The notes under the pieces were generated by a model, which was not told where the DNA came from, searched no databases, and saw only the letters and a program-made list of their open reading frames with translations. From the NCBI RefSeq assembly GCF_009914755.1, contig NC_060925.1: a DNA stretch of 64,000 bases. The stretch is one strand, 5' to 3'. Below, one piece after another: positions 42,841 through 56,867 of this stretch. Made by a program: the position numbers and the translations under genes. Position 1 is the stretch's first letter, and every line of letters starts with the position of its first letter. Source of the stretch: the human T2T-CHM13v2.0 reference genome, Homo sapiens.

Positions 42841-43289
42841 ACTTATCTTTCTTTCCTTCTTTTCCCTTTTGGTAACTGTTCCTCATTTTTAGAGTATCAA
42901 TACCAGCAGCTACAAGACTGTTTTCCTAATGCCTCTTGCATCTTTATCTATCTGTAAGTGACAGCACGTTAACTTCTTTTTTTCAATATGAATTGAAATT
43001 GTTGAGTGAGACTTCAAGACATGCTCCCTAAAAGAGGTATAGCTAGCTGAAAAGGGTCTTTTGCTCACTCTCCCTCCCTTCTTGCTGATGACTGTAATGC
43101 AGGTGTGAAGTTTGACATTCTGAGAGGCATCTTGGATCCTGGAGTGCCCTTGCAGTTGGAAGTCAGTGCTAAGGGCAGATGCATGGAAAGGATTGGGTCT
43201 TTGAAATGTGAAACACCATAAAATCCAAGCAGTAACTATATAATGAATTTTATGTATTTAAGTCACTGTGACTTTGTTTTATATTATAT

Positions 43290-43890
43290 TGAAGAAGTCC
43301 ATAGTATGCCACCTCCAAATATGTTACCTTAGCAGAAAGATTATTTTGAGCTGAAAGCAACTGAGAACCAACAGATGCAAAAAGAACTGCTTGCCTTCTT
43401 CTCTGCATAAAGGCAGAGCGTAATTTGCTGTTGAGGAAGGTGCTTTCTCAATACCAGGAAGAGAAGAATAACTCTAATCATCAAAAACAAGGAATCAACA
43501 TCACAATGAGTTTGCATGAAACCATCAGGTTGGTACAAAAGTAATTGTGGGTTTTGCCATTAAAAATAATGGCTATTATTAAAAGTAATGGTGAAAACTG
43601 CAATTACTTTTGCTCCAACCTAAGATAAACCAGCCCTTATCTTCCATTAGTTCCCTCATATGTTTCCTTATCACTTCCTCAAAATTTACTGTACCTTCTT
43701 TCCTTTGTTGAAAAGGTAGATAAGGCCCCCCAGTGTAACCACTTCTTTGAGTTTTACTTCTTTTCTGTGAACTCCCATGCATGCAAATATTAATAAAAAT
43801 TGTGTGGCTTTTCTTCTGTTAACCTGTCTTTTGTCAGTTTAGTTCCCTGGAAGCCTAGGAGGGGAAAGGAAGAGTTTTCCTTCTTTAGCA
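43290..43890 (+). mobile_element. MER34-group ERV1 solo LTR
   Basis: tgaagaagtccatagtatgccacctccaaatatg...gattattttgagctgaaagcaactgagaa matches the MER34 5' end. Confidence 0.8.
43525..43623. mobile_element. MADE1 (Hsmar1-derived MITE), 99 bp
   Basis: TIRs tcaggttggtacaaaagtaattgtgggtttt / aaaactgcaattacttttgctccaacctaa. Confidence 0.93.
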
Positions 43891-43974
43891 AATTAAAGAT
43901 GGACCTACTTCAAACTGATACAGAAAGATGAGGTACAAGTACTAAAGAAGCCTCAGCAAAAATAAATATGTTAA

Positions 43975-44254
43975 TTTATTTATTTTTATTTTTATTTTTT
44001 TTTTTAGAGATAGGGTCTCACTCTGTTGCCCAGGCTGGAGTGCAGTGGCATGATTATAGCTCACTGCAGCCTTAAACTCCTGGGCTTGAGCAGTCCTCCT
44101 GCCTCTGCCTCTTGAATACCTGGCACACACCACCATGCCTGGCTAGTTTTTAGTACCGACAAGGTCTCGCTGTGTCACCCAGGTTAGTCTCAAACTTCTG
44201 ACCTCAAGCAGTCCTCCCACTTCAGTCTCTCAAAGGGAGCTACTGAACTCAGCC
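43975..44254 (-). mobile_element. AluJ with internal deletions
   Basis: atagctcactgcagccttaaactcctgggct J-type; TSD aatatgttaa (43965-43974, 44257-44266). Confidence 0.92.
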
Positions 44255-44544
44255 TGAATATGTTAAGTTTCATGAAACAGATATGTCTTAGAAGATTTTC
44301 TGAGGTAAATCCCCATAATCAGTGCCTTCTGTGTGATCCTGCTAAAATCACAGGGTTGTTCTAAGTCTCAAGTTTCCCTTGGTAAAATTAGTTTAATAAT
44401 AGCATACTGGTACACTCAGAGAATTATCCTGAAAATATATATGAAAGCACTTGACAAGTAAAATTTAAAGAATATGAGACTAAGAATCAGAATTTAGGGA
44501 TCTAGACCTATCTCCTCAACTAACTGGAATTAGTCTTTTGTTTT

Positions 44545-45060
44545 GTTTTTAACTTTTTGTTGTGGAAATATTCAAATATACACAAATGTAAAGAGAATAG
44601 TATAAAGAACTCCCATATACTCATCAATCAGCTCCAAAAATTGTCAGTATTTTAGAGTACTTTTCTCCCCTACACTTCATTACAAAAATTTCAAGCATCA
44701 GAAAACTTGGAAGATTGTACAGTAGAAACCCATATACTATACACACCTCCTATATTCTCCCATTAATGTTTACTCTGCCTGACTTAATCTGTATCTGACC
44801 ATCCATTCATCCCTCTCTCCATCCATCGATTTGCTTTGTATTAATATATCCATTTCAAAGTAAATTGCAGACAGCAGTACACTTCCCCTTAAGTACTCCT
44901 GCATGCATATGAATGACTAGAGTTCAATATTTGTTTACAGTTCTCTTTGTGTTTTTGAGGTGAAATTTATATACAATGAAATGCACAAATTTAAAGTATA
45001 TGTTCTATGAATTCTGACAAATGTATAGGTTTGCATGACTCAAAGCCATTATTCTAACAT
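44545..45060 (-). mobile_element. Cluster of old L1ME/L1MC 3'-end fragments
   Basis: ggaaatattcaaatatacacaaatgtaaagagaatagtata and gaggtgaaatttatatacaatgaaatgcacaaat L1M termini. Confidence 0.65.
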
Positions 45061-45254
45061 CTTTAAAAATATTTTTAGTTGGTTGGAGACCTTCAAAACA
45101 AATTCTTTTCATGGATTTATTGTATTTTAGAGTTGGAGTTTTTTGGTAAGGTTTTCTCTTTTTCAATTTGTATCTCTGAAGGGCAGAAATACCAATTATA
45201 TATTATAGGCTACCCATCTATACACATCCTCAGCCTTCTTAGTCTTTTGAATGA

Positions 45255-45563
<309 letters not shown>

Positions 45564-46889
45564 ATCTTTTTGGTTGGTGGTGTTCTCTATCATAGCCTAA
45601 GCTAGATTACTTTAAATTAATAAATAATTTAAAAATATTTTGGGTCTTAAGAAATTTTGGAAATTATATGTTATTATTTTTCCATCATTAAAGATAATGG
45701 CAAAGATTTAAATTCAATCTATAAACTTTAATATCCATATATTAATAAAATCTAGCTACATTAAAGAATAGTGAATATTTTGTGATGTTAAATTTACATT
45801 AAATAAGCTGTTTTGAAATTGGTTTCTACTATATCTGCATCTGGTTCTCAATGCCTACTAAAAACAAGTTTCTTTTTATATATTATTGATATCCCTTATA
45901 GGCCACTAAGTTTTCGGGAGTTGTAACATGATTCTGAGGAGGTATAGATGGAAGTTAGAGAATACTGACCATGTGAGAATAGAACAACAACCTCCTCTTT
46001 GAGGATAACTTTTTTTTTTCACGAGCTGTCATTCAGAATATTTTTTGTCATGATAAAAAATCATTATTAAAATGGCATTTTATTCTATGTTATGCACTGT
46101 GCTAGATACATGAAATATATTTTGATTGACTATAAAAACTCAAGTGTGTTATCTCCTTAAAATGTGTGTTGGGAGGGTTGTATAGTATTAAAAATAGAGA
46201 AGGAAGTACTGAGAACACAGTTCAGTGAACTATAATGAAAGGATGGGGCAGCAAATCAACACTGATTTCTAGAAGAAAAAATTCCCAATTATGCCTCAGT
46301 GGAAGAAATAGTTGTCAGGAATAATATGATGCCTCTAATTATAAAAAGTCATTAAGAAGGGAGATTACATCAATATCTGTTTACATTAAAAAGTGTTGGT
46401 ATGATACAAAAACAATCACAAGATTAGATGATAAGTGATAATTCATCATTGTGTTTAGGAATCATAAGAGTGAAGCTTCTGATAATGCTCTACTGAATTA
46501 TATTTTGTTCACAATTGAGTTAAATATTTTAAACTCAATTTATAAATCAAATTCACTTATCAAATATTTCTTATTCAGATAATTGGTTAATTTGTTGAGG
46601 ATAAAAATGTCAAACCTAAATTGGTTATTCTAATAATTTCATTGATATTTTACCATGTATTACCATGTATTCATAGCTTTTTGTTTATTATAACATTGAA
46701 AATAAGATAAGTGAATCAAACGATAAGCAGTAACTCCAGGGTAAAAGAAATGTGTTATTGTTATACTCTTCTCCCAGTAAAAAGGTGGTTTTTGCAAACT
46801 TCTCCCAGGAAATAGGGCACTAAAATGCTTAAATTTTGTTTCTCCTTTCTTCTTTCCTAGTTCACATAATATTTTTGAACCAAAATAAA

Positions 46890-47110
46890 AGGAAGGATTC
46901 TCAAAAAATTAACAAATTGAATTACCATATGATCTGACAGTCTTACTTCTGGGTATTTAAAATAATTAAAATCAGTATCTCAAGGAGATAGTAGCACTCC
47001 CATGTACATTGCAACACTATTAACCATAGCTAAAATGTGGAAACAACCTAAATGTTCATTGACAGGTAAATGAATAAAGAAAATGTGGTACCATGCAGTG
47101 GAATATTATC
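46890..47110 (+). mobile_element. L1MA/MB fragment
   Basis: gaattaccatatgatc...cttctgggtat...tggaaacaacctaaatgttcattgacag. Confidence 0.8.
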
Positions 47111-47494
47111 TGAGCTTATTTTTATTCTCTGTTCTCTTCCGTGATTTTCTATCTGCTGTGTTTCCTCTCCACTGGAGAGGATTTGATAAACCAGCAGCAT
47201 GTATTCATTTCTTTACTTCGATTGAAAGATTTTAAAATCTTGAAACTTGAGTGTGGAAGAGACTCACATTATCCAGTACAATTTCCAGGAGCATTTTCAA
47301 ATCCCCTCTTACAATATATATGATAATTTATCGTCCAACCATTAGTTATACTCTATTTACGTGGTACTTTAATTTTCAATATTTTTTGTTCTTTCAAGAT
47401 TAATTTTTAAAGCAGTTTTAGATTTAAAGTAAAATTGAGCAAAAGGTACAAATATTTCCCATTTAGTCCCTCTTCCTACACATGCATAGCTTCC

Positions 47495-47789
47495 TGCAAT
47501 CTACTGAATCTTTGTGTCTAACCCCTGAACTCATATGTTAAAATGGTAACCCCCCAAGGGGATGGTATTAGGAGGTTGGGCCTTTGGAAGATGGTTAGGT
47601 TGCGAGAGCCAAGCTCTCATTAATGAAATTAGTGCCCTTATAAAAGAAACCACAGAGAGGTCCCCTGCTTCTTCCACCATGTGAGCAAAATGATAGTCAT
47701 CTATGAATCAAGAAGTGAGAAATACATTTCTGTTTATAAGTCACCTAGTATATGACACTGTCTTTCAGCAATTGAAATGGACTAAGACA
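47495..47789 (+). mobile_element. MLT1A-like LTR, internally deleted
   Basis: gatggtattaggaggttgggcctttgg...attagtgcccttataaaaga...ggactaagaca. Confidence 0.85.
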
Positions 47790-48121
47790 CCCACTTCATT
47801 AGAAACATTTCCCACAAGAGTGGTCCATTTTTTGCAATTGCTAAACCTACATTGGTACACTGGAATCACCCAAAGTTCATAGTTTACATAAGGGCTCATT
47901 GTTAATGTTGTACATTTCATGGATTTGAACAAATGTGTAATGACATGTATCCATAAGTACAGTGTTATACAAAGTATTTTCACTGCCCCCAAAATCCTCT
48001 GTGCTCTGCCTACTCAACACTCTTCCATCTCAAAATCCTTGGCAACCACTGTACTTTTTACTGTTTATATAGTTTTGTCTTTTCCAGAATGCCATATAGC
48101 TGGACTCATACAAAATTTAAC

Positions 48122-49490
48122 TGCTTTGGTTAGAATGTCCCCTCCAAAGCTCATCTAAAAATGTAATTGCCATTGTGACTATTATGAGGTGATAATTTTA
48201 AAAGGTGAGAAGGTCATTCGAATTCTGCCTGCATGCCTTCATTAATGCCTTCATGGAAAGAGTGGGTTAGTTATCACAGGAGTGAGTTTTGGATGAAAAA
48301 AAAGTTTGTCCATTATCCTCTCTTGTTCTCACACATGCTCTCTTGCTCTTTTCACCATGGGGTAATACAGCATGAAGGCCCTTGCCAAATGCTAGCACCT
48401 TGATATTGGACTTCCCAACCTTTAGAACCAGAAGAAATACATTTATTTATACATTACCCTGCCTGTAGTATTCTGTTAGAACAGAAGAAAGTGGAATATG
48501 ATAAAAAATTGGTAACAAGGAGTGGGGCTGTTGCTATAACAAATACCTGAAAATGCGGAAGCAGCTTTGGAACTGGGTAGTGGGTAGAGACTGGAAGAAT
48601 TTGGAGGAGCAGGCTAGAGAAAGCCTAGATTGCCATGAATGGAGCATTAGGGCCACTTCTGGTTGAGGGTTCAGAAAAAGAGAAGAAATACAGGAAAAGT
48701 CTAGAACTTCTTAGAGATTACTTAAGTAGTGACCAGAATGTTGGTAGAAATATGGATGGTAAAGATCATCCTGATTAGTTCTCAGACAGAAATGAAGAAC
48801 AAGACATTGGAAACTGGAATAAAGGCCATCCTTGTTATAAAGTGGCAAAGAACTTGGCTGAATTGTGTTCTTGCCCAAGGACTTTATGGACTGCAGAACG
48901 TAAGAGCAATGAACTACGATATCTAGAAGAAGAAATGTCTAAGGAACAAAGCATTTAGGCAGTTGTATGGCTACTTTTAACTACATATGGTAATATATTA
49001 GAAGGAATAAATGACTTAACGGTGGAATTTATAGTTAAAAAAGAAATAGTAGAGGTTTGGAAAATTTACATCATGACCATGTAAAATGTAAAACAGTGAG
49101 TTTTGGAGAGCAAACCAAGGGTGTGGCCAAGCGCCCATTTGCTAAGGAGATTAGTAGAGACAGAAAGGATCAAAACAATAGTAGAATAATCCTAGAGGTG
49201 TTTCAGAGATCTTTAAGGCTACCTCTCCATCACAGGCCCTTAGCTCTAGCAGGGCAGAATGGTTTCCGGGGCCAGGCCCAGGGCATGGATTCACTGTCCA
49301 CAGCTGGCTCAGGGCTCTCCTCACCACATTACAGCACAGGGCTGTTTGGCCACCTCATTACATTTCAAGCAGACTCAAGTGCAACTGGACATGTTACTCT
49401 GGAAGACATAAGCTGTAAGTCTTGGTGGCATTCATGTGGAGATAATTCTGCAGGATTACAGAATGCAAAATGTTTGGATGCATAGCTTCC
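48122..49490 (+). mobile_element. MST (C/D-like) 5' LTR (48122-48503) plus truncated internal region
   Basis: tgctttggttagaatgtcccctccaaagctcat LTR start; aaattggta...atacctgaaaatgcggaagcagctttggaactgggta MaLR internal start. Confidence 0.85.
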
Positions 49491-50238
49491 TCCTAAATCC
49501 TGTGGAATTTCCTTGGTGATTGGAACATCTTATGTTTTAATGGAAGGACTCTTAACAGGCTTCTGGATGGAAGCTGGTCACCAAAAAACAATTAGACGCT
49601 TAGACTTTATATTTCCACACCCTATCCTTTGGGGACGGGAGAGGAGCTGGAGATTGTGCTATGAATCAATTATTTCTATGTTATAAAGCCTACAAAAATT
49701 TCCAAAGCATGGGATTCAGAGGGCTTCTGGGTCAGTGAACAGATCCACATGGTGGAAGGTTAAAGCACCCCAACTCCACATAACAGAAATTCCTGTGCTG
49801 GGAACTCTTCAGGCCAAATTCTATGTGTCCTTTCCCCTCGTTGTTTGTTTGCATTCCTTATATTCTTTAATATGTTGGTAAGCGTAAGTAAATATTTCTC
49901 TGAGTTTTGTGAACTATTATAGCAAATTGTGAGCCTAAGGAGTGAATTATGGGAATTCCTGATTTGTAGCCAAGTTGGACAGAATATTAGTAACTTGGAG
50001 ACCCACTATTTACAACTGACACCTGAAGGTGTGCTGGGAGGCAATCTTGATGAACTGAGTTCTTAACCTGTGGGATCTCTGCTAACTCCAGGAGGTTAGT
50101 GTTAGAATTGCATAAAATTGGAGAACAGCCAGTTGGTGTTTTCAGAGACCTGGAGAATTGCTTGGTGTGTAAAATACACACATTTGGTATCAGAAACGTG
50201 TAAGTGTAGAAAAAATGTTCGTTTTCCTTTTTTAGCAA
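49491..50238 (+). mobile_element. MER21-type LTR, 5'-truncated
   Basis: gcaccccaactccac...ctgtgggatctctgctaactccagg...agtgttagaattg MER21 motifs. Confidence 0.8.
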
Positions 50239-50560
50239 GGATCTTGCTAAGTCATTTTTAGAAAAAAGCCTCTTGCCCTTTACATTGGATCAACCTGCAC
50301 TGCCTTCCACAAGAGTACTGGTAAGTCATTTTAAAATAATTTCTCTACCTTTGATGTCTTTTTAAAGTAATTTTCCACTGACAACCCTCCCCCACCAATC
50401 ACCACTGTCAATCTGCTCCTTGTCTATAAATATCCCCTTTTCCTTTCTGTTTTTAGAGTTGAGCCGTGTCACTCTCCCACACTGCGATAGTCTTGACACC
50501 TGTTGCAATAATCCCAAATAGTCTTTCTTACCATTTAACAAACATTGAATTTTTTTAACT
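50239..50560 (+). mobile_element. MER31-like LTR 3' part
   Basis: ctacctttgatgtc...ctgctccttgtctataaat...gagttgagcc. Confidence 0.65.
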
Positions 50561-50905
50561 GTAAGCACTGATAATTTATTTCTATAGTTTTGCCTGTTAC
50601 AGAGAGTTCTATAAATTGAATTATACAATATTCAGTCTTTTAAATCTGAATTTAAAAGATTTTTAAAATTAAAAGTTTAAAATTAAAAGTTTAAAACAAT
50701 ATTTTAACTAGCAAATGCAATATTCATTCACGTTATTGCTTGTATGAACAGTTCAGTACTTGTATTGCTGAGTACTATTCCATTGAACGGATATACTAGT
50801 TATTGTTTGTTCATTCTCCAGTAGAAGGACATATGACTTAATTGTTGGTTTTGGTAGTTATTAGCAAAGCTGCTATAAATATTGGCATTCTAGGTTTTAT
50901 CCATC

Positions 50906-51679
50906 TAAAATAGCCTTTGCAAAATGCTTGGTAATGAGAGAAATGTAACACGATTGACTCCATCTTGCTTCCCACCTCACAGGCTACATTATTGTTTGTT
51001 TTGTTTTGTTTTGTTTTGTTTCTTATTCTAGTCCACAGGCCAAGATAACTATGAAAGGAGTTTAGTTTATAGTTAAAACTTGAGGCAAAGAAAACTGACT
51101 CCCGTCCTTGCTTGGAGATTGGAGCCTCATTCATAAAACAAGGTTAGAATTATGACAGGGATCTGGACTTTGCTGAAAACAGGCATAAACAATAAATTGC
51201 CTTTACTTGCTTAGCTTGCTTTTCTCTAGTGCCTACTACTTGAGCGTCATGTGATGAAAGATCACAAGATTTATAACTTCCCCAACCGCTCCTATAGATA
51301 ACATCACTATAGTGAAATGTAAAGAACTGGTCTTTAAGATTTTTTCAGATTTAGCATTTCAGCAGACCAAGAGATACCACTTGGACTTGTGACTTCCCTC
51401 CCCTAGGAAGTGACTCAGTTGTGTGAAGACAGTTCTGATACCCCCGTGATTTTATCCCTGACCCAACCAACCTGCATTTCTCATTCCCTAGCCCCTTGCC
51501 CACCAAATCACTCTTAAAAAACCTAGCCTTCAAATTCTTGGAGAGGAGGATTTGAGAACCATCTCCTGTTCTTGCTTACCTGACCCTGTAAACTCTTTCC
51601 CTGCTGCAACACCTGCTATTCTCAGTGTATAGGACTTTTTCAGGGTAGCAGGCAAGAGGAGCCTGGTTGAACAATTACA
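50906..51679 (+). mobile_element. LTR8-family ERV1 solo LTR
   Basis: gcctttgcaaaa...tgactccatcttgcttc...gctcctatagataacatcacta...attaca; perfect TSD catc (50902-50905, 51680-51683); contains (GTTTT)n. Confidence 0.88.
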
Positions 51680-52249
51680 CATCTTGGGTAAATACCTAGG
51701 GGCACAATGTTTTGTCATATAGTAACTGTATATCTAACTTTTTAGAAAATTACCAAAATGTCTTCAGAGTAGTTGTACCATGTTATATTCCCACCAGAAA
51801 TCTATGGTAGGCTTAGTTGCTTCACATCCTCCCCTGAATCTGGTGTTGACAGTTTACTATTCCAATAGATGTGGAATACAGCTTATTGTGTTTTTAATTT
51901 CCATTTTCCTAGCAACAAATAGTGCTGAGTACCTTTTTCTGTGCTTACTTACGACCAGCATATATTCTTTGATAAAGTGTCTGTTTAAAATTTTTCTGTA
52001 TTTTTTAAACTGGTGTTTTAATTTTAAAAAATTTGATTTTTAAGATGTCTTTATATAATCTCGATAAAAATTCACACAAAATATGTTTTTTTGCCAATAT
52101 TTTACCCCAGTCTGTTGCATGTATTTTTATTCTTTTAAACCAACTTTTTTGATGACAGGATTTCTTTTAATATTGGGAAAATTTGATTTAACTTTTATAA
52201 TGAACAATGCTTTTGATGTAATATATGTAGGAATCCTTTCCTAACCTAA

Positions 52250-52650
<401 letters not shown>

Positions 52651-52704
52651 TGAATTTTTGTATATAGTGCAAGTTATGGATTAAGGTTCATTTCTGAAAG
52701 CACT

Positions 52705-53242
52705 TGTAGGGGAGGGGAAAACTTTTTCTCTACCCTCTTAGATTCTGTAGCTCAGTCCTACTAATTAAACTGATAAAACATAGATTAACAGTAGAAAAAG
52801 CATACAAATTTTATTTGATTTAATATTTTTACATGCATGGGGAGTTCATAGAAAAGAAGTGAAAACCCAAAAGGGGGATAAATTGGTGATCAATGAAAAG
52901 AGCTATCAAAGGAAGAGCAGTTGTATATGGAGACATGACTAGACAATAAAAAGGGCCTTGGCTCCTCAGGTTAGTAAACTGTGTAAAGATGACTAGGAAA
53001 CATATGATACATAAAGGTTGTTTAACAAGGTTGCTGCTTTCCTATTAACAAAGAGGGTAACACATTTACAAATGGAAATTCAACTCAACTTCACCAAGAG
53101 AAAATTATTCCACATTTTTAGGCAAAAAGAGGAAGGGCAGTGAGTTCTTCCTGTGTCTAATGCTTCTCAATTGCCTTTGGCTCAAAATAATCCTTAAGCC
53201 AAAGTGGCATATTTTAGGGTGGGCATTTTCTAATCTTCTTCA
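52705..53242 (-). mobile_element. MER34-group ERV1 solo LTR
   Basis: Reverse of tgaagaaga...aaaatatgccactttggcttaaggattattttgagcc...cccctaca. Confidence 0.8.
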
Positions 53243-53680
53243 CGTCCTTAAACACAACCTTGGAACTGTTTTTCTTTAGTGCTGAATGTATGAGTCTACT
53301 TTTTTTAAAATATGGGATTTATGAATTTTTTAATAAAGTTATATATACATATACACAAATAAAAATATACATTCTAGGCAATTACAAATACACATAACAA
53401 GAAATAAGATAACAATAATCCATTATTTGATTTGAGAATAACCATTGTGAGCATTTTGTTTTGGGCTCTCATGAAATTTTTTTTTTAAATACTGAGTCAT
53501 ATATTAATTCTTTATAAATATTATGTTCTGCATCCCATACACTGTTTTAACCTGCCTTTTCACCCAACAATATATTATGAATGTGTTTCAATAACTAATG
53601 TTCTTACTACCTTCATTATTAATTATTTACAAAATACCTAGCAAAAGTATTCACTCTTTTATGATTCCATATCATATGGA

Positions 53681-54579
53681 ATATACTTATTTTTCTTACT
53701 TAATTTCATTTTAGCCAGTAATATAATTATTCACATATTTGATTCTAAGATTATATCTAAGCTCTTTGAAAACAAAGACTGCAAATTTTCAACTTTATAT
53801 CTCACAATGCTCAGCTGAAAAAATTAATTGTGACTTAAACTTAAAGGTGGAATTAAAGATAATCTTCTTTTAACCCTGTACTAAAGTCTCACTAGAACCT
53901 TATTCTTAAAGAATAAAGATCACAAGGAAGTTTGTTATTAAAACGCCAAAGAAAAGTGGGTTTTTGTCCTGCATTCCAAATTAGACTTTCTTAATCTAGT
54001 CCAGTGTTTACAGAAAACTGAACTAACCTCAGAAAATTTAAATAATTTATCCAGGCTATTTGAGTGGTTATTAATCTAACATTCATTGGAATTAATGAAG
54101 AATAGCAATAATTGTGTGCAAATTCTTTTCTTAATGTACATATTTTTCTAATGAAGTTCTACACACACACACAGACACACACACAAACACACAATCTAAA
54201 AACTCAAAATGCTTAAAGAACCACTAATCTGTGTTGTCCTTAAAATTTTATAATTAAGAGGTTAGACTATTGATTAAGAGATTCTGTGCTGTAGAGATAT
54301 TTGTTGTTTTTGTTTCCTTGTTTCTTTTTTTTCCTCAAATGTTTCATGTTGATAAAGAATGTCTCTGGATAGAAGCAAATAATGTCAAATCTTGCCATTT
54401 TTATTTTCAGTTTGATAATATTTTCTGAACTGCTTATTCCACAGAACTGTTTGTTTAATGTACAAATTGTGTGTATATACTTATATTTCTTACTTAATTT
54501 TATTTTACCCAGTAATATAATTATTCATTCACAAGTTTGATTAGAAGATTAAATTGTAAGCTCTTTGAAAACAAAGACT
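53681..54579 (+). repeat. Dispersed ~100-bp direct repeat (53681-53780 and 54475-54579)
   Basis: atatactta...ccagtaatataattattca...taagctctttgaaaacaaagact is present twice. Confidence 0.92.
54161..54193 (+). repeat. Imperfect (AC)n
   Basis: Directly visible. Confidence 0.9.
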
Positions 54580-56241
54580 ATACTTATTTGTGGTGGAATA
54601 AGCAGTTTAGATAATTTTAAGTAATTGGGTTAAAAACATACTTAAGGGTTCAATGTTACATGCAAATATCTAATTATGTCTCTATGCTCCTCTGAAAAGA
54701 AATATGTCTTCCTGTGCTTGCACGAGTTCTCAAATTATTCCTGTATCCTACTGATGCAAAAGAATTTGTCTGGCATCTCTTGTGACTAAGATTACATCAG
54801 GTTATCTGTGGCACAAAGGACTGGATCCTGCAAAAATTCCTTTCTGTCTTATCATTTTAAAGCACTTTGGTCTGTGCAGAAATATATATTATGTAACAAT
54901 GATTTCATTAAAGATAGAATATAAATATACATTTTAAAATTCAATGTTTCCAGAGACTTTGAACTAGGCTACCTGAATACTTAAATTTTGAATTACTTAA
55001 AGTTATCTTGTTACTTCACTTATATAATAGAGAAATATAGCACTTGTGGTTAATCATGTTATTATGAAAGTCCTCAGAAATTATCTAGGTCAATACTCCT
55101 TAACCACCAGAAGAGTCATAAATTTCTTTGAGTATCTGAAGAATGATGAAACATAATATTTATATTAAGTAACCATAAAAATTTTTTATTATATGCCAAC
55201 AAGCTAGTTACTTAGGTAAAGGCTTGATCTCTGCACCTCCAATTCCTCATCAATAAAATGAGATAATTGAATTAAATAAAATTTAGTGTCCTATTCCTTT
55301 GAATAATTCATGCTTATAAATAATATAGTTTATAAATTGATAAAATATCAGAAAATCTAAAAATGTAATACGAATGAAGCAAATTTTCAAAAAATAAATA
55401 TATAAGAACTAGAAAATAAATACGTTCCCAATTTACAATTGTCAAATCACTATATTGACCTTTGAAAAAGAGTTAAAAAGAAACCCTTGTATTCAAGGAA
55501 TTTCAAACCTAATAAGCAAAGCATTGCACAAACATATAAAAATTAATATAAAGATGCAAGAATTAAAGATATTTAAGAACAATTACACAACTAACAACAA
55601 GCATTCCTTACCTGATAATGAACTAAAATTTTGTTGGTGCTATGGTTTGGGATAAAGACAGTTTTACCATGGGTTAAAGACAAAGAAGAATGTTTAGGGG
55701 AATGCTAGGTGGTATGAAAGACATAAATAGAAATAATATTTTATGGAAATTTAAGCATTTGAAGATGGATGCTGTCAGAAGTGATCTTAAAGGCTCCACC
55801 TCGCATTATAATTCAGTTTTCCTATCCCTATCAGGTCCCGTAGCTGCTTTTAAGGTAGAGGAAAATTTGAAAATTGTTTGGAATTCAGAGCCTCACTTAA
55901 ACTAGATCAATGCAATTCCACCTCCAAATGTTCTAGGACTTAGACATGTTTAGGTTCCAATACAGGTATTGTTCTTTGGAAGGAGTCCTAATGATCATTT
56001 TTTTTTAGTTTCTCCAAGGTTGTAGTATTAGAAGTAGGAATTATATTTATTGGTTTATTTACTTTTAACATGTATGGAGGCGGGATAATTTTTTATAGAT
56101 TTAATTTTCTTGATTAATTTGTGAATTCAAATACCAAATGGCAAATTTTATTATATTCTTATGGCTAGGACTTTAATATTAAAATGCTGAAATTTATCTG
56201 AGCCTGTGCCCCTGGAAAACAACTATGGTTGAGAAACCTTG

Positions 56242-56599
56242 TGACATGGTTTGGCTGTGTCCCCACCCAAATCTCATCTTGAATTGTAGTTCCCATAATC
56301 CCCGTGTGTTATGGGAGGGGCCTGGTTGCAGATAATTGAATCATGGGGCAGGTTTCCCCCATGGTATTCTCCTGATAGTAAGTTCTCCTGAGGTCTGATG
56401 GTTTTATCAGTGGCTTCCCCTTTTGCTTGACTCACATTCTTCTCCTTCCTGTTGCCATGTGACGAAGGACATGTTTGCTTCCCCTTCTGCCATAATTGTA
56501 AGTTTCCTGAGGCCTCCCCACTCCTGTGAAACTGTGAGTCAATTAAACCTTTCCTTTATAAGGTATTTCTTCATACCAGCATGAGAATGGCCTAATGCA
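56242..56599 (+). mobile_element. THE1D-like solo LTR
   Basis: Starts tgacatggtttggctgtgtccccacccaaatctcatcttgaattg; perfect 5-bp TSD ccttg (56237-56241, 56600-56604). Confidence 0.93.
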
Positions 56600-56867
56600 C
56601 CTTGCCACCATTTTGTGTCCTAAGAAATAAGTTATTGCAAAGAACCAATTTTCCCTATTTGATTTAGATAATACTTGCAAATGACTGGCTTATTTACCTA
56701 TAAAAAGGCCATACATAGACACTTGATATTCTTGTTCTGTGTCATATATTATTGGCTGAATTCTTTGTTCATCCTGATAAATCTGGACAAAATGTCCTCT
56801 AACTGTAACTAGTGCAAGTTTCATGCAGATTTCTCTCCTTCCTCCACACTGAACTTTAGCTACTTTG

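Larger units (their letters stand above)
42860..43922 (+). mobile_element. MLT1J/K-like LTR split by a MER34-group LTR
   Basis: ggcatcttggatcctggag...tttaagtcactg...aactgataca terminus. Confidence 0.55.
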
